A stretch of DNA of 64,000 nt from Nitrospirota bacterium (lineage in GTDB: Bacteria > Nitrospirota > UBA9217), in contig CAWIYV010000011.1 of assembly GCA_963840455.1 (NCBI GenBank), positions 672,001 through 736,000 on the forward strand, given 5' to 3'. The notes beneath the pieces are model-generated. The model worked only from the letters and a program-made list of their open reading frames with translations, was not told the DNA's origin and did not search any database. Position 1 is the stretch's first letter. Each line of letters starts with the position of its first letter. The translations under genes and the position numbers were made by a program. Positions 1 through 11,024 of the stretch are shown one piece after another.

Positions 1-1
1 C

Positions 2-1006
<1,005 letters not shown>

Positions 1007-1062
1007 CGGACGGGACCATCGTCATTTCTTCTTTAATGAAGATGCAGACTGAAGGGGTGCGT

Positions 1063-3732
1063 ATGGGTACAGTAACGACACGTTTCGTACGGGGCGCGGT
1101 CGTGTGGTTCCTGCTTTTGTCGATGCCGGCAGGGGCGGCTGTGGCCGTTGATGTTCTCCGCGCGACCCTTGCGAATGGTCTGCGCGTGGTGATCGTTCCA
1201 AATACCCTGGCGCCCGTGGTCACCACTGAAGTAAACTATTTCGTAGGTTCGAATGAAGCACCCGACGGCTATCCGGGAATGGCTCATGCCCAGGAGCATA
1301 TGATGTTTCGCGGTAGCCCTGGGATGTCTGCCGCCCAGCTAGCGAACATTATCGCCTTGATGGGAGGCAATTTCAACGCAGACACGCAGCAGACCGTTAC
1401 CCAGTATTTCCTTACAGTGCCGAAGGATGACCTGGATGTTGCGCTGAAGGTGGAAGCGGTACGCATGCGCGACATTCTCGACTCGGAGGAACTGTGGGCG
1501 CAGGAACGGGGAGCGATCGAGCAGGAGGTGGCACAGGACCTTTCAAATCCCGAGTACGTTTTTTCCATGCGGCTTCTCGAGAACCTGTTCGGCAATACGC
1601 CCTATGCCCATGATGCCCTGGGTACGCGCCCTTCGTTCGACAAGACGACCGGTGCAATGCTCAAAAAATTCTACGACATGTGGTATGCTCCGAACAATGC
1701 CATTCTTATTATTGCGGGAGATGTAGACCCGTCCAAGACCCTCAATAAGGTGAAGGAACTGTTCGAATCGATTCCTGCAAGACCTTTACCAACGCGCCCG
1801 GATATTCATCTTGAGGCACTCAGGCCGACGTCGATCGAGCTCGATACCGACCTTCCCTATGGTCTTGCCATTGTGGCATTCCGTCTGCCCGGCTACGACA
1901 GTCCTGACTATGCGGCTGGGCAAATTTTGTCCGATGTTCTGGACAGTCGGCGGGGAAGCCTTTACACACTGGTTACTGAAGGTAAGGCACTTTTCACCGG
2001 ATTCGACGGTGGGTCACTTCCAAAAGCCTCATTCGGGTATGCAACAGCAGCATTCCCCTCTGGAGGGGATGGTACTGCACTGGTCGCCACAATAAAAAAT
2101 ATAGTGGCTGATTATGTAAAAAACGGGGTTCCGGCCGATATTGTCGAGGCGTCAAAACGCCATGAAATTGCGGACGCTGAATTTCAGGCCAATTCCATTT
2201 CCGGACTTGCTGCGGTTTGGTCCCAGGCGCTTGCTGTGGAAGGCCGCTCCTCTCCGGACGACGATATCGTTGCAATAAAAAAAGTGACCGTAGCGGACGT
2301 GAACCGTGTTCTCAAAGAATACCTCGTGAATGATACAGCAATTACAGCCGTTCTTACACCGCGCCCTTCAGGAAAGCCGGCGTCGGCAAAAGGGTTTGGC
2401 GGCGGGGAATCCTTTGCCCCAACAGGTACCACTCATACCAAACTTCCCGTTTGGGCGAAAAGTGTAGAATCATTGCCCGGTGTCCCGATTTCCAGGGTCA
2501 AACCCACGGTCTCCACATTGCCCAATGGCATCCGTTTGATCCTTCAAGCGGAAAACGTGAGCCCAACGATAACTGTCTTGGGGCAAATTAAGAACAAACC
2601 GGAGCTTGAAGAACCCGCGGGAAAAGAAGGGGTCGCCGATCTCCTGGAAAGCCTTTTCTCATACGGTACGACGTCCCTTGACAGGCTTGCATTTCAAAAG
2701 GCACAGGATGATATCGGAGCAAACATTTCCGTGGGCACAGTTTTTTCGCTCAGGGTTCTCTCCGACCGATTCGACAGCGGTATGGCGCTTCTCGCCGACA
2801 ATCTACTGCACCCCGCTCTTCCCGATTCCGCGTTCGAGATCATGCGGCAGGAAAAATTAAGCTCACTGCCGGGTCTGCTCAAAAGCCCTTCTTATCTTTC
2901 ACGGCGCGCACTTCGTGAAGCGCTCTATCCCAAGAATGACCCATCCCTCCGTCAGGCCTTGCCCGAGACAGTAAGCAAGCTGTCGTTACAAGACCTCAGG
3001 TCTTATTATGACACAGTGTTTCGCCCCGATCTGACGACGATCGTTGTCATCGGTCGGACAACTCCTGCGCAAGCCAGGGTCATCGTTGAAAAGTATCTCG
3101 GTTCATGGAAGCCACGCGGTAGCAAGCCGGAGACCGACCTCCCGCCGGTAGCGCCCAACAAGCCCTCTTCATCCACGGTGCCCGATGCAAGCAGGGTCCA
3201 GGACGAGGTAACATTATTGGAGACCGTCGGCATCACGCGCTCACATCCGGATTATTACAAACTTGTGCTCGGCAATCACGTGTTATCAGGTGCATTTTAC
3301 GCTTCTCGCCTGTACCACGATCTCCGCGAGCAGGCCGGCCTGGTCTACACGGTCGAGTCCTTCATCGAAGCGAGAAAGACCCGTTCGCTTTTCGGGGTTT
3401 TCTTTGCCTGCGATCCCCCGAATGTTGTCAAGGCACGTACCATTGTTGAACGCAACCTGAGGGCAATGCAGACTGTCCCTGTTACGCAGGCTGAATTGCA
3501 GCGGGCTAAAATCCTGCTGATACGGCAGTTGCCTCTTTCAGAAGCCAGCACGGACAGCATCGCCCAGGGAATACTTTCCCGTTCACAGGAGGACCTGCCG
3601 CTCGACGAGCCGGTCCGCGCCGCAGTTCAGTACCTAAAAATTACGGATAGACAGGTGCAGAAAGCCTTTGAAAAATGGATCCGACCCGCGGGATTTGTGC
3701 AAGTGACTCTTGGGCCGAACCCGGGACCATAA
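1063..3732 (+). CDS. M16 (pitrilysin/insulinase) family zinc peptidase, two-domain fused, secreted
   Basis: Inverted zinc motif HAQEH (HxxEH), TLANGL/TLPNGI domain starts, signal peptide; start placed at ATG 1063 after GAAGGGG. Confidence 0.9.
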   Translation: MGTVTTRFVRGAVVWFLLLSMPAGAAVAVDVLRATLANGLRVVIVPNTLAPVVTTEVNYFVGSNEAPDGYPGMAHAQEHMMFRGSPGMSAAQLANIIALMGGNFNADTQQTVTQYFLTVPKDDLDVALKVEAVRMRDILDSEELWAQERGAIEQEVAQDLSNPEYVFSMRLLENLFGNTPYAHDALGTRPSFDKTTGAMLKKFYDMWYAPNNAILIIAGDVDPSKTLNKVKELFESIPARPLPTRPDIHLEALRPTSIELDTDLPYGLAIVAFRLPGYDSPDYAAGQILSDVLDSRRGSLYTLVTEGKALFTGFDGGSLPKASFGYATAAFPSGGDGTALVATIKNIVADYVKNGVPADIVEASKRHEIADAEFQANSISGLAAVWSQALAVEGRSSPDDDIVAIKKVTVADVNRVLKEYLVNDTAITAVLTPRPSGKPASAKGFGGGESFAPTGTTHTKLPVWAKSVESLPGVPISRVKPTVSTLPNGIRLILQAENVSPTITVLGQIKNKPELEEPAGKEGVADLLESLFSYGTTSLDRLAFQKAQDDIGANISVGTVFSLRVLSDRFDSGMALLADNLLHPALPDSAFEIMRQEKLSSLPGLLKSPSYLSRRALREALYPKNDPSLRQALPETVSKLSLQDLRSYYDTVFRPDLTTIVVIGRTTPAQARVIVEKYLGSWKPRGSKPETDLPPVAPNKPSSSTVPDASRVQDEVTLLETVGITRSHPDYYKLVLGNHVLSGAFYASRLYHDLREQAGLVYTVESFIEARKTRSLFGVFFACDPPNVVKARTIVERNLRAMQTVPVTQAELQRAKILLIRQLPLSEASTDSIAQGILSRSQEDLPLDEPVRAAVQYLKITDRQVQKAFEKWIRPAGFVQVTLGPNPGP

Positions 3733-3831
3733 GGAATGCCTGCGAAGAAAGAATGTCGCCAACGAGTGCGGAACCGGGTCCCGGAACGAGATGGTAGCAA
3801 TAACCGCGCTGGTCTTAATAAATGGCTGTTT

Positions 3832-4332
3832 ATGAAGACAATCATCTTGCTGTTCGGCTCCATCATTCTTCTCCAGGGTTGCATCTATCCGATTTCGGGG
3901 GATCTCGTTGCAAAAACAGACAGGACCGTCACCTTTGAAATACTGCAGGCTGACCCCGATCTTTATAAGGGGAGACTCATCATACTCGGCGGGAGTATCG
4001 CCGCGGTCACCAGCCTAGCGGAGGGTTCGCTGATCGACGTTTATCAGGCCCCCCTTGATTACTGGGGCAAGCCCATCCGCACAAATGGAGTAAAAGGGCG
4101 GTTTCTGATATATACGCTGGTGTATATCGATCCTGATGTCTATGCACCTGGCAGAGAGATCACCGTGGCCGGTGAAATAGAAGGGACCACACTGAAATTA
4201 TCGGAAAATTCGGAACTCACCAAATACACCTATCCCGTTCTTGTTTCAAAGGAGCTCAAGCTTTGGCCGAGAACGCGAGGCCCGGAGGAACCCGACTGGT
4301 GGGATCCGCTTTCCCCGATGTTGGGCAGGTAG
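3832..4332 (+). CDS. Slp family outer-membrane lipoprotein
   Basis: Lipobox LQGC; GGSI..., Q.PLD.WGKP, GRFL, DP.VY.PGREITVAG, Y.YPV....LKLW motifs. Confidence 0.85.
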   Translation: MKTIILLFGSIILLQGCIYPISGDLVAKTDRTVTFEILQADPDLYKGRLIILGGSIAAVTSLAEGSLIDVYQAPLDYWGKPIRTNGVKGRFLIYTLVYIDPDVYAPGREITVAGEIEGTTLKLSENSELTKYTYPVLVSKELKLWPRTRGPEEPDWWDPLSPMLGR

Positions 4333-4486
4333 CAGGTGTTGTTTACAACAGCAGTATACTAAAGACTGGCTTATTTCATTACGCGAATACCGTGCAGCAT
4401 CCAAACGCTGGGTACGAAACTCCGTCTACGCTTACCTCGGTTCAGGACAGCGCAGGGTTTAAAAGAACGCAAAATAAGGTCATCCC

Positions 4487-5251
4487 ATGCACAACGTACG
4501 TGCCATCCTCTATAAAGCTATCCCCCTTTTCCTGATTGCCACCGTCATTGCTGTCGGAGATGAGGGGCTCGTGGCGGAAGAAACGCCCCCCGCCGCCCGG
4601 AAGGTCCAGGCCATTGTGAGTAAGATCGTTCATGCCTACGGAGGGAAGGCTGTCCTCGAGAAGAATGGATCGCTCACCGCTAAGGGGGTGATCGAATCGC
4701 CCCTTTACGAGGGACCCGCAGAATACTCGTTCTTCATCAGGCGTGACCGCAGGCTCCGTGTCGAGACGCGGTCAGGCAACTCGTTAGAGGTGCGGATATT
4801 GGATGCTAAGCATGGCTATTACCGGACGACTGACTCTCCCCTGACCGAGGTCTCGGGACCCCAATTCCTTTCCATGGTCTATCAGTTCAAAGAGCTCACC
4901 ATGCCCTATCAGCTCATGACCAAGGCATTCACGATCACTGATGAGGGCAGGAGCACCTTACAGGGCGCACCGGTGCTCATCCTCATGCTCAGTGACAAAG
5001 AAGGTCCTCCCATGACATTGTACATCGACATGAAGAACTACCGGATCGTAAAGGATTCAGGGACGTTCTCGATGGGCGGGGTGGAAACGGAACTTTCATC
5101 TGAATTTCATGACTTCAGAAAAGTGAATGGCAGGCTGCTGCCCTTCCGGGTTGTCAATTATGCCGGAGGACAAAAGGTTGGAGAAATCCGTATCCGCGAT
5201 TACCAAGTGAACCCTAAGCTACCGGATTCATTGTTTGTTCCGGGTGAATAA
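4487..5251 (+). CDS. Exported hypothetical protein, possible LolA-like/lipoprotein-sorting fold
   Basis: Signal peptide; 'AYGG..' N-terminal and 'DFR.VNG..LPF...VNP.LPDSLF' C-terminal patterns. Confidence 0.6.
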   Translation: MHNVRAILYKAIPLFLIATVIAVGDEGLVAEETPPAARKVQAIVSKIVHAYGGKAVLEKNGSLTAKGVIESPLYEGPAEYSFFIRRDRRLRVETRSGNSLEVRILDAKHGYYRTTDSPLTEVSGPQFLSMVYQFKELTMPYQLMTKAFTITDEGRSTLQGAPVLILMLSDKEGPPMTLYIDMKNYRIVKDSGTFSMGGVETELSSEFHDFRKVNGRLLPFRVVNYAGGQKVGEIRIRDYQVNPKLPDSLFVPGE

Positions 5252-5261
5252 AGGAGCCGGA

Positions 5262-6113
5262 TCAGAAGTTGCCTCTTACGAGAGCGTCGACAATCGTTTT
5301 GATATTGTCCGAGGGGACGATATCGGGCGCGCGTTTGCTCATCCTGCGCACGATCTTCGTCCATTCCGTGCGGTCGAAATGCCGGCGCTCGATGTCCTCG
5401 GTAACATGGCAAGCTGAACAATAGCGGCCGACCAACGACGTCCCGGACACCGGCGCGGAGGTTTTCGGAACACGTGTCGCCTGCAAATAATCGAGGACTT
5501 GGCCTGCCTCGTCAGGGCTGATCCGCGGTTGAGCAAGCTTGACCATGCGTGTGACGATTGCCTCCCACTCCTTCGGCTTGCGCGGGGTCAGGATGTCCCG
5601 TAGTGGATGGCAAACGGAACATCTCGTGATGAAAAGCTCCAGACCGAGCCGTGGGTCCTCCATTTTGCCGGGAAGCGTCCTGTGTGAGATATATGGCACA
5701 CCGCGGAACGCCTGCAGCAGGTAGTAACCGGCCGTTATGCCCACAAGGACGAAACCCGCCAAGTAAATAGAGACACCGAAAACAAAGAGATGCTTGGACA
5801 GACCCGGGAACAGCCGCGGGATCGCGATCTTGACGCAAAGAAGCACGAACAGGCTGAACGCCAGGGTGACATGGATCGCAATGCGCGCAGGCGCTGTCTC
5901 CCAGTACCGCTCGATCCTTCCGACCATCACGACCAGCAGGATCAGGTACAGGACCGCGAAGCTCCAACCCATAACGCGATGGACACGCGTTGCAAACTCC
6001 GGACGGGCAAATTGCTTTCCCCCTAGTTTCCCCAACATGATGACAAGGGAAACACTTCCTGCTAAGACAAATAACAGGGACAAGATCGTGGTTGCCATCG
6101 GCGACAAGTTCAT
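5262..6113 (-). CDS. Membrane-anchored diheme c-type cytochrome (4 TM N-domain + two CxxCH)
   Basis: CSVCH and CSACH, each followed by W...V.RM; four hydrophobic helices with His; SD AAGGGAGG before ATG 6113. Confidence 0.8.
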   Translation of the reverse strand: MNLSPMATTILSLLFVLAGSVSLVIMLGKLGGKQFARPEFATRVHRVMGWSFAVLYLILLVVMVGRIERYWETAPARIAIHVTLAFSLFVLLCVKIAIPRLFPGLSKHLFVFGVSIYLAGFVLVGITAGYYLLQAFRGVPYISHRTLPGKMEDPRLGLELFITRCSVCHPLRDILTPRKPKEWEAIVTRMVKLAQPRISPDEAGQVLDYLQATRVPKTSAPVSGTSLVGRYCSACHVTEDIERRHFDRTEWTKIVRRMSKRAPDIVPSDNIKTIVDALVRGNF

Positions 6114-6213
6114 GTTTCCTCCCTTGAAGCGCACAACCCTCTGCTATATTCCCGGATGCCCTCCGGACCGACGGTATTGATGACCGGTGCCCGGGTAGGA
6201 GGGTCGGGAACTA

Positions 6214-7473
6214 TCATTGCGGCTGTTCTCCCTCCATGAATTCGATCGCGCGAAGCAATTGCCGGTCCTTCTTTGCGCGCAACTCTTCGGAGGTCATGTG
6301 CCGTTCCGCTTCCGGGAGCAAAGGCGATGCACCTACGGGAAGCGAAATTTTGATATCGGGCGTGATGCCCTTGTGCCAGATCGTGCGGCCCTTCGGGGTA
6401 AGCCATTCCAGGAAGGCGAGTTGCACTGCCGATCCGTCGGAGAGCGGGATGGTTTTCAGGACCGTACCTGTTCCGAAGGTGGTTTCCCCCACGAGCGTCG
6501 CGCGCAGTGCATCCTGGAGTGCTCCTGCAACGATCTCCGCCGCACTGGCGGTCCCGGCATTGATGAGAACGGCAAGAGGAAGACCGCTTCTTTTGACACC
6601 GCTTTCAAGGGGAACGGACCGTACCTTGCCATGAGCGTCCTTTTCAATCAACGCATTGCCTTCCTTCAGAAATTGACTCGCCACGCCAACTGCCATGTCC
6701 AGGAGGCCGCCAGGATCGTTCCGGAGATCGAGAACCAGCCCTTTTGCTCCCATCCGCTCAATATCAACGAGCGTTTTTTCCAGGGCCTTGGACGTTCCAT
6801 CGCTGAAAAGCGCGATCCGCACATGCGCCAGATCGGTACCCGGGAGCATCTGCCAGGTAACACTGCGGAGCGATATGTTCGCGCGGATGATTTCGACTGT
6901 TCGTTCCTGCCCGTTTGTCGGGTTCATGATTGTCAGCGACACCCTTGTTCCGGCAGGGCCCTTGATTCTGCCGATAACCTGCTGTATCGGCAGGCCTTCC
7001 ACGCTGCGGCCGTCAACCCGCATGATCACATCGCCCGGGTGAAGTCCGGCCTTCTGCGCTGGTGATCCGTCCATGGGCGCAACAATCACCAGCTGTTTGT
7101 TTTTCACCTGAAGCTCGGCGCCGATACCGGCGAATTCGCCGCGTTCAATGCTTCGTTCGGCCTGCACCATGTCCGGGGTCAGAAAGACGCTGTGGCCGGT
7201 GTCGCCCAGGGAGGCCACCATACCGTCGATCGCGCCGTAGGCCATCGTCTTCGTTTGCACCGCGGACCGGTCGACGTAGTGCTGCTCAATGGCATTCCAG
7301 GCTTCCGCCATCAAGTTAAATTGAGGGACAGCTTGCTTCGGGATTGCCGTTGATGGATAAGGATCACCAAAAATATAGTTGTGCAGAAGAGCTCCTAGAA
7401 AGATCCCCACGATAAGCGGAAGGAGCGAGTTGGAAAGACCTTTTCCATTGTCGAGCCGATGTTCTTTGTCCAT
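6214..7473 (-). CDS. S41A carboxyl-terminal processing protease (CtpA/Prc-like)
   Basis: GIGAEL PDZ, LDLRNDPGG, TASAAEIVAGAL, GETTFG, GITPD motifs; N-terminal TM. Confidence 0.92.
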   Translation of the reverse strand: MDKEHRLDNGKGLSNSLLPLIVGIFLGALLHNYIFGDPYPSTAIPKQAVPQFNLMAEAWNAIEQHYVDRSAVQTKTMAYGAIDGMVASLGDTGHSVFLTPDMVQAERSIERGEFAGIGAELQVKNKQLVIVAPMDGSPAQKAGLHPGDVIMRVDGRSVEGLPIQQVIGRIKGPAGTRVSLTIMNPTNGQERTVEIIRANISLRSVTWQMLPGTDLAHVRIALFSDGTSKALEKTLVDIERMGAKGLVLDLRNDPGGLLDMAVGVASQFLKEGNALIEKDAHGKVRSVPLESGVKRSGLPLAVLINAGTASAAEIVAGALQDALRATLVGETTFGTGTVLKTIPLSDGSAVQLAFLEWLTPKGRTIWHKGITPDIKISLPVGASPLLPEAERHMTSEELRAKKDRQLLRAIEFMEGEQPQ

Positions 7474-7513
7474 GAGAATCCTTTCGCGCTGTCAGCTTGG
7501 GGGAACCACCCCG

Positions 7514-9922
7514 TCATGTTCTTGAAATTCCCACAGTATAGTCAATGCCGTCCCATCTCGCCTGATCAGTCCAATAGATGGTGAAAAAAATCATGCCGCC
7601 GGCGGAAAGGCCGATCGAAGGCAGATCCGCAACGTGAACGTCGAGCCCGGTATCACGGGTCGGGATATCCTGTGCTGCCTGCCAGTTATCCGCGCTCCAG
7701 TGGATCACAGCCGGAGCGAGCACTTCGATGCGCAATATCCTGCCCGCCTTCATGGTGCGGATCTTGTGGTTAAAACGCCATATTGCATGGAGCGGGGCTT
7801 TCTTCTCGACCTGGTAGCGCCGTACGGTCTGGGGAGGCATGCCGAAGACCCTGTTGTCGCGGAGGGACCGCAGCAGCGTGACATATTCAGCGTGAGCCCA
7901 CACGAGCGGCATGGCCGAGCCCGACGGCCTGCCGAAAAAGAGCTCCCTTCCCGGAATGTCCCCTTCGTCCCAGACTTGCTCGGGGATGAGACCGCCGGCA
8001 TTCGCGGAAAACGCCAGGACGCGAAGAAGTTTCTCTGCTTCGCTCCTCCTGCCTGCCGCGAGCTCATAGTGCGCCCGCTCGCCCGCGATCAGGGGCCATG
8101 CCCTCCCGATGCCGGTGCCATCGAAAGGAGAACCGTCCGCGTGTTCTCCATACCCGTCGTCATTGTACCGGTGCCAGAGCGGACCGTAGGACATATCGAC
8201 CTTGAGCAGGGAATCGATGACCCTGACGGTGTTCAGGACCCGGGGATCATCGGCTCGTCGAAGCCCGAAGCGAACGAGCGCGAGGGCATCGGGACTCACG
8301 ATCTCTGCAGCGGGCAGACTGCTCTGGCCCGGCGGCCGATTCTTGATCGTCACAAAGCCGGACGCCGGCGACGATGCGTCGGATATCTCGGGAGGAGCGA
8401 TCCTGACATAATGGCCCTCCACTCCCGCATGCTTTGCGAGGTCAGTCCCTTTTACATAGATCCACCGTTCGATGTTTTCGTTCCAGAAGTCCGCAGTCTC
8501 GCGCAGATAGATCGCGACTTCCGGCTCCTGAGCGAACTCCGCCAGATCGGCAGCACAGAGCAGGGCCGCAATCTCCGCTGCGAGTGTAAAGGGGGAGTAG
8601 CCCGGGTCCTCCTCCCACCGGTCCTGCTGCGTCACCGGTCCGTTCTGGACGATAAAGGTCGCCGCCCGTTTCACCATGGGCCACAGCCGCTGCTGCTCTC
8701 CCTGGTCAAGCGCTTGTTCCCTCCGCGCAAGATCGACGAGCAGGATCGGGAGCGCCGTTTCATCCATCTGGATCCCGCCCCAGTAAGGAGTGCCGTCGAG
8801 CCACATGTTCTGAGGCCAATGGCCATCCGCTTCCTGCGTGGATTGCAGATAATGGAGCACCCTTCGCGCGTCCTCGTGCGCTCCTGCCGCCAGGAGCCCC
8901 GAGGCGGTCTCCACAAGATCGCGGGGCCAGGCAAGATGATAGCCGCCCAGATCGTCGTCGCCTTTGGAAAAACCCCAGGGCACCGAGAGGCTCGCGATCA
9001 GACCTCCGGGAGCGTCCTTTGCCTCGTGGGTACGCATGACAGCCGTGCTGGTCCGGTATATATCGCGAGCACCCTCTTTTTCTTCGGAAAGCGGAAAAAG
9101 TCCATGCTGCCATGCCTGCCACTCGCTGACGTAGTCCTTTTTTGCACGGTCGAAGCCGTCGGACAGGCTCGCTAAAGCGCGGTTTCCTGCCTCCGCAGCA
9201 TTTCTACCGAAGCCGAGGGCAAGCGTAAATGCTCCCTGCGCAGCCTGATGATCGATCTCTCCCACGAGAGCGATATTGCCGTTCTCCGCCCTGTTATAGG
9301 TCCAGGCCATCCGTTTATGCTGTGAAAGATCCTGCCATCCGTCGGAAAAACCGACAAAACCCACGGACCGATTGAGCCATGGCGCCGAGCAGGCAAGAGC
9401 GAGCGTTATCCCCGCCCGTTCGGCAAAAAGCATCGGCACTCCCTTGTAGTCGCCGAGCCAGCCCGTGTTTCCCGAACCCCCATTCGCAATGTGCGGAGCA
9501 AGAAGAACATAGATCCGGTATGTTTCCATCGTTCCCTGAAGCGGCACGAAACGCGTCTGCTGGAGCAGCACCTCACGCCACGGATCGGTCAATATCTCCT
9601 TCTCGGTCTTATACCGGTCGTCGAGGCTCCTATTTTCGATGCGATAGGCAGGGACGCCCGGCGACGGTTGGCTGATCATGCTCCTGGTATTTCGTTTCTC
9701 TTCGGAGAAATACTCCGCGCCGTCGGTCACGATCAGCCCCATGTCGCGGGTGCATGCCTGGTCAATGCGGGGATAGTAGATCTCGTTCACGATGCCGTGG
9801 CTCACCGTGAACCAGATGCGGCTCGCGGGGTTCAGGGATGTGCCCACGCCGTCCTTAGCGCTCGACGTCCATCGAGACAGGATCCCGGGCCAGCCGGGAG
9901 CGTTGCGACATCCTTTACTCAT
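7514..9922 (-). CDS. Glucan 1,4-alpha-glucosidase / glucoamylase (GH15 with glucodextranase N-domain)
   Basis: KDGVGT, EIYYP, GGYHLAWPRD, QDRWEE, PEQVW, SAMPLVWAHAEY; start overlaps upstream dehydrogenase. Confidence 0.92.
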   Translation of the reverse strand: MSKGCRNAPGWPGILSRWTSSAKDGVGTSLNPASRIWFTVSHGIVNEIYYPRIDQACTRDMGLIVTDGAEYFSEEKRNTRSMISQPSPGVPAYRIENRSLDDRYKTEKEILTDPWREVLLQQTRFVPLQGTMETYRIYVLLAPHIANGGSGNTGWLGDYKGVPMLFAERAGITLALACSAPWLNRSVGFVGFSDGWQDLSQHKRMAWTYNRAENGNIALVGEIDHQAAQGAFTLALGFGRNAAEAGNRALASLSDGFDRAKKDYVSEWQAWQHGLFPLSEEKEGARDIYRTSTAVMRTHEAKDAPGGLIASLSVPWGFSKGDDDLGGYHLAWPRDLVETASGLLAAGAHEDARRVLHYLQSTQEADGHWPQNMWLDGTPYWGGIQMDETALPILLVDLARREQALDQGEQQRLWPMVKRAATFIVQNGPVTQQDRWEEDPGYSPFTLAAEIAALLCAADLAEFAQEPEVAIYLRETADFWNENIERWIYVKGTDLAKHAGVEGHYVRIAPPEISDASSPASGFVTIKNRPPGQSSLPAAEIVSPDALALVRFGLRRADDPRVLNTVRVIDSLLKVDMSYGPLWHRYNDDGYGEHADGSPFDGTGIGRAWPLIAGERAHYELAAGRRSEAEKLLRVLAFSANAGGLIPEQVWDEGDIPGRELFFGRPSGSAMPLVWAHAEYVTLLRSLRDNRVFGMPPQTVRRYQVEKKAPLHAIWRFNHKIRTMKAGRILRIEVLAPAVIHWSADNWQAAQDIPTRDTGLDVHVADLPSIGLSAGGMIFFTIYWTDQARWDGIDYTVGISRT

Positions 9923-11024
9923 GTGACCACTCCAATACGACCTTGATCTCATCCGTTTCATGGCGCGTTAATGCCTGCTGAAATTCCGTGTAAGGGCGGC
10001 TGTGAGAAATGAGGCGCGTCACATGGTCTCCCCAGGCGAGCCGCGCACGAAGGAGGTCGTCAACAGCCATTTGAAAATGATCGCGGGAAGCATTCACACT
10101 TCCGATCATCACCTGATTGCCGAGCACAAGCCTTCGTATCAGTTCGGCGCCATCGAGCTGAAGAGGCCGGTCCCCGCCGGGAATGCCGGTGAGAACATAG
10201 ACGCCGTTCTTGCCGAGCGCGTCGAGCAGGTTGAACTCGAGCGCAGCCACACCGGTTGCCTCAAGGATCAGGTCCATCTGCCCGAGTTCGCGTTCGACCC
10301 TGTCAGGAGGAATCTTCCGGCCGTCGACGTAGCTGCCGCCAATATGGGCAAGCCATTGCGGACGGGCGCTGTCCCTATCCACGACATCGAGGCCGTAGAC
10401 CGTTGCCCCGCGCAGGCACAAAGCGAGCGCCGCAAGAAGCCCGATGGGCCCCAGGCCCGCCACGAGGCAGCGGCGGCCGTGGAGCCAGTTGGGTGTTGCC
10501 GCAGCTTCGGGAAGGCGTGCTGATTGGATGCGGACGGACTCGTCGATGGCCTTCTCAGCTACTGAAAGGGGCTCGGTTAGCACGCCCGCGGCTCGCAGAT
10601 CATCGGGGACGCGGACAATGTACCGCTCCCTGTCCACGGCATATTCGGTCTGATACCCGTTCAATCCCCAGATGCCCCGCTCATGATAGTTGCCGGTCAG
10701 GCACATGTCCGAGCGGTTCATCATGCAGGGCAGACATTCACTGCAGCCGCGGCGCACCGTGAACACAGCATAATCGCCCGGCTTCACCCGGGTCACGGCC
10801 TTCCCGGTCTCGACGACCCGGCCGAACATCTCATGGCCTATCACCAGCTCTTTTTGTTCACGGGGGACTAAGGCCCGCCCCCCCGACGCCTCTTCGCGGT
10901 CCGTGCCGCAGATGCCCACGCGAAGAATGCGCACTTTCACATCATCGGGAGAAATGACTGACGGTTCAGGAAGATCTATCAGCCTGATCACAGATGATCC
11001 AGGGGTGAGTGCGATCGCTTTCAT
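9915..11024 (-). CDS. Zn-dependent (MDR) glucose 1-dehydrogenase
   Basis: GICGTDRE, GHE, structural CxxCxxCx7C, GLGPIG, GSVNA motifs. Confidence 0.88.
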   Translation of the reverse strand: MKAIALTPGSSVIRLIDLPEPSVISPDDVKVRILRVGICGTDREEASGGRALVPREQKELVIGHEMFGRVVETGKAVTRVKPGDYAVFTVRRGCSECLPCMMNRSDMCLTGNYHERGIWGLNGYQTEYAVDRERYIVRVPDDLRAAGVLTEPLSVAEKAIDESVRIQSARLPEAAATPNWLHGRRCLVAGLGPIGLLAALALCLRGATVYGLDVVDRDSARPQWLAHIGGSYVDGRKIPPDRVERELGQMDLILEATGVAALEFNLLDALGKNGVYVLTGIPGGDRPLQLDGAELIRRLVLGNQVMIGSVNASRDHFQMAVDDLLRARLAWGDHVTRLISHSRPYTEFQQALTRHETDEIKVVLEWSHE

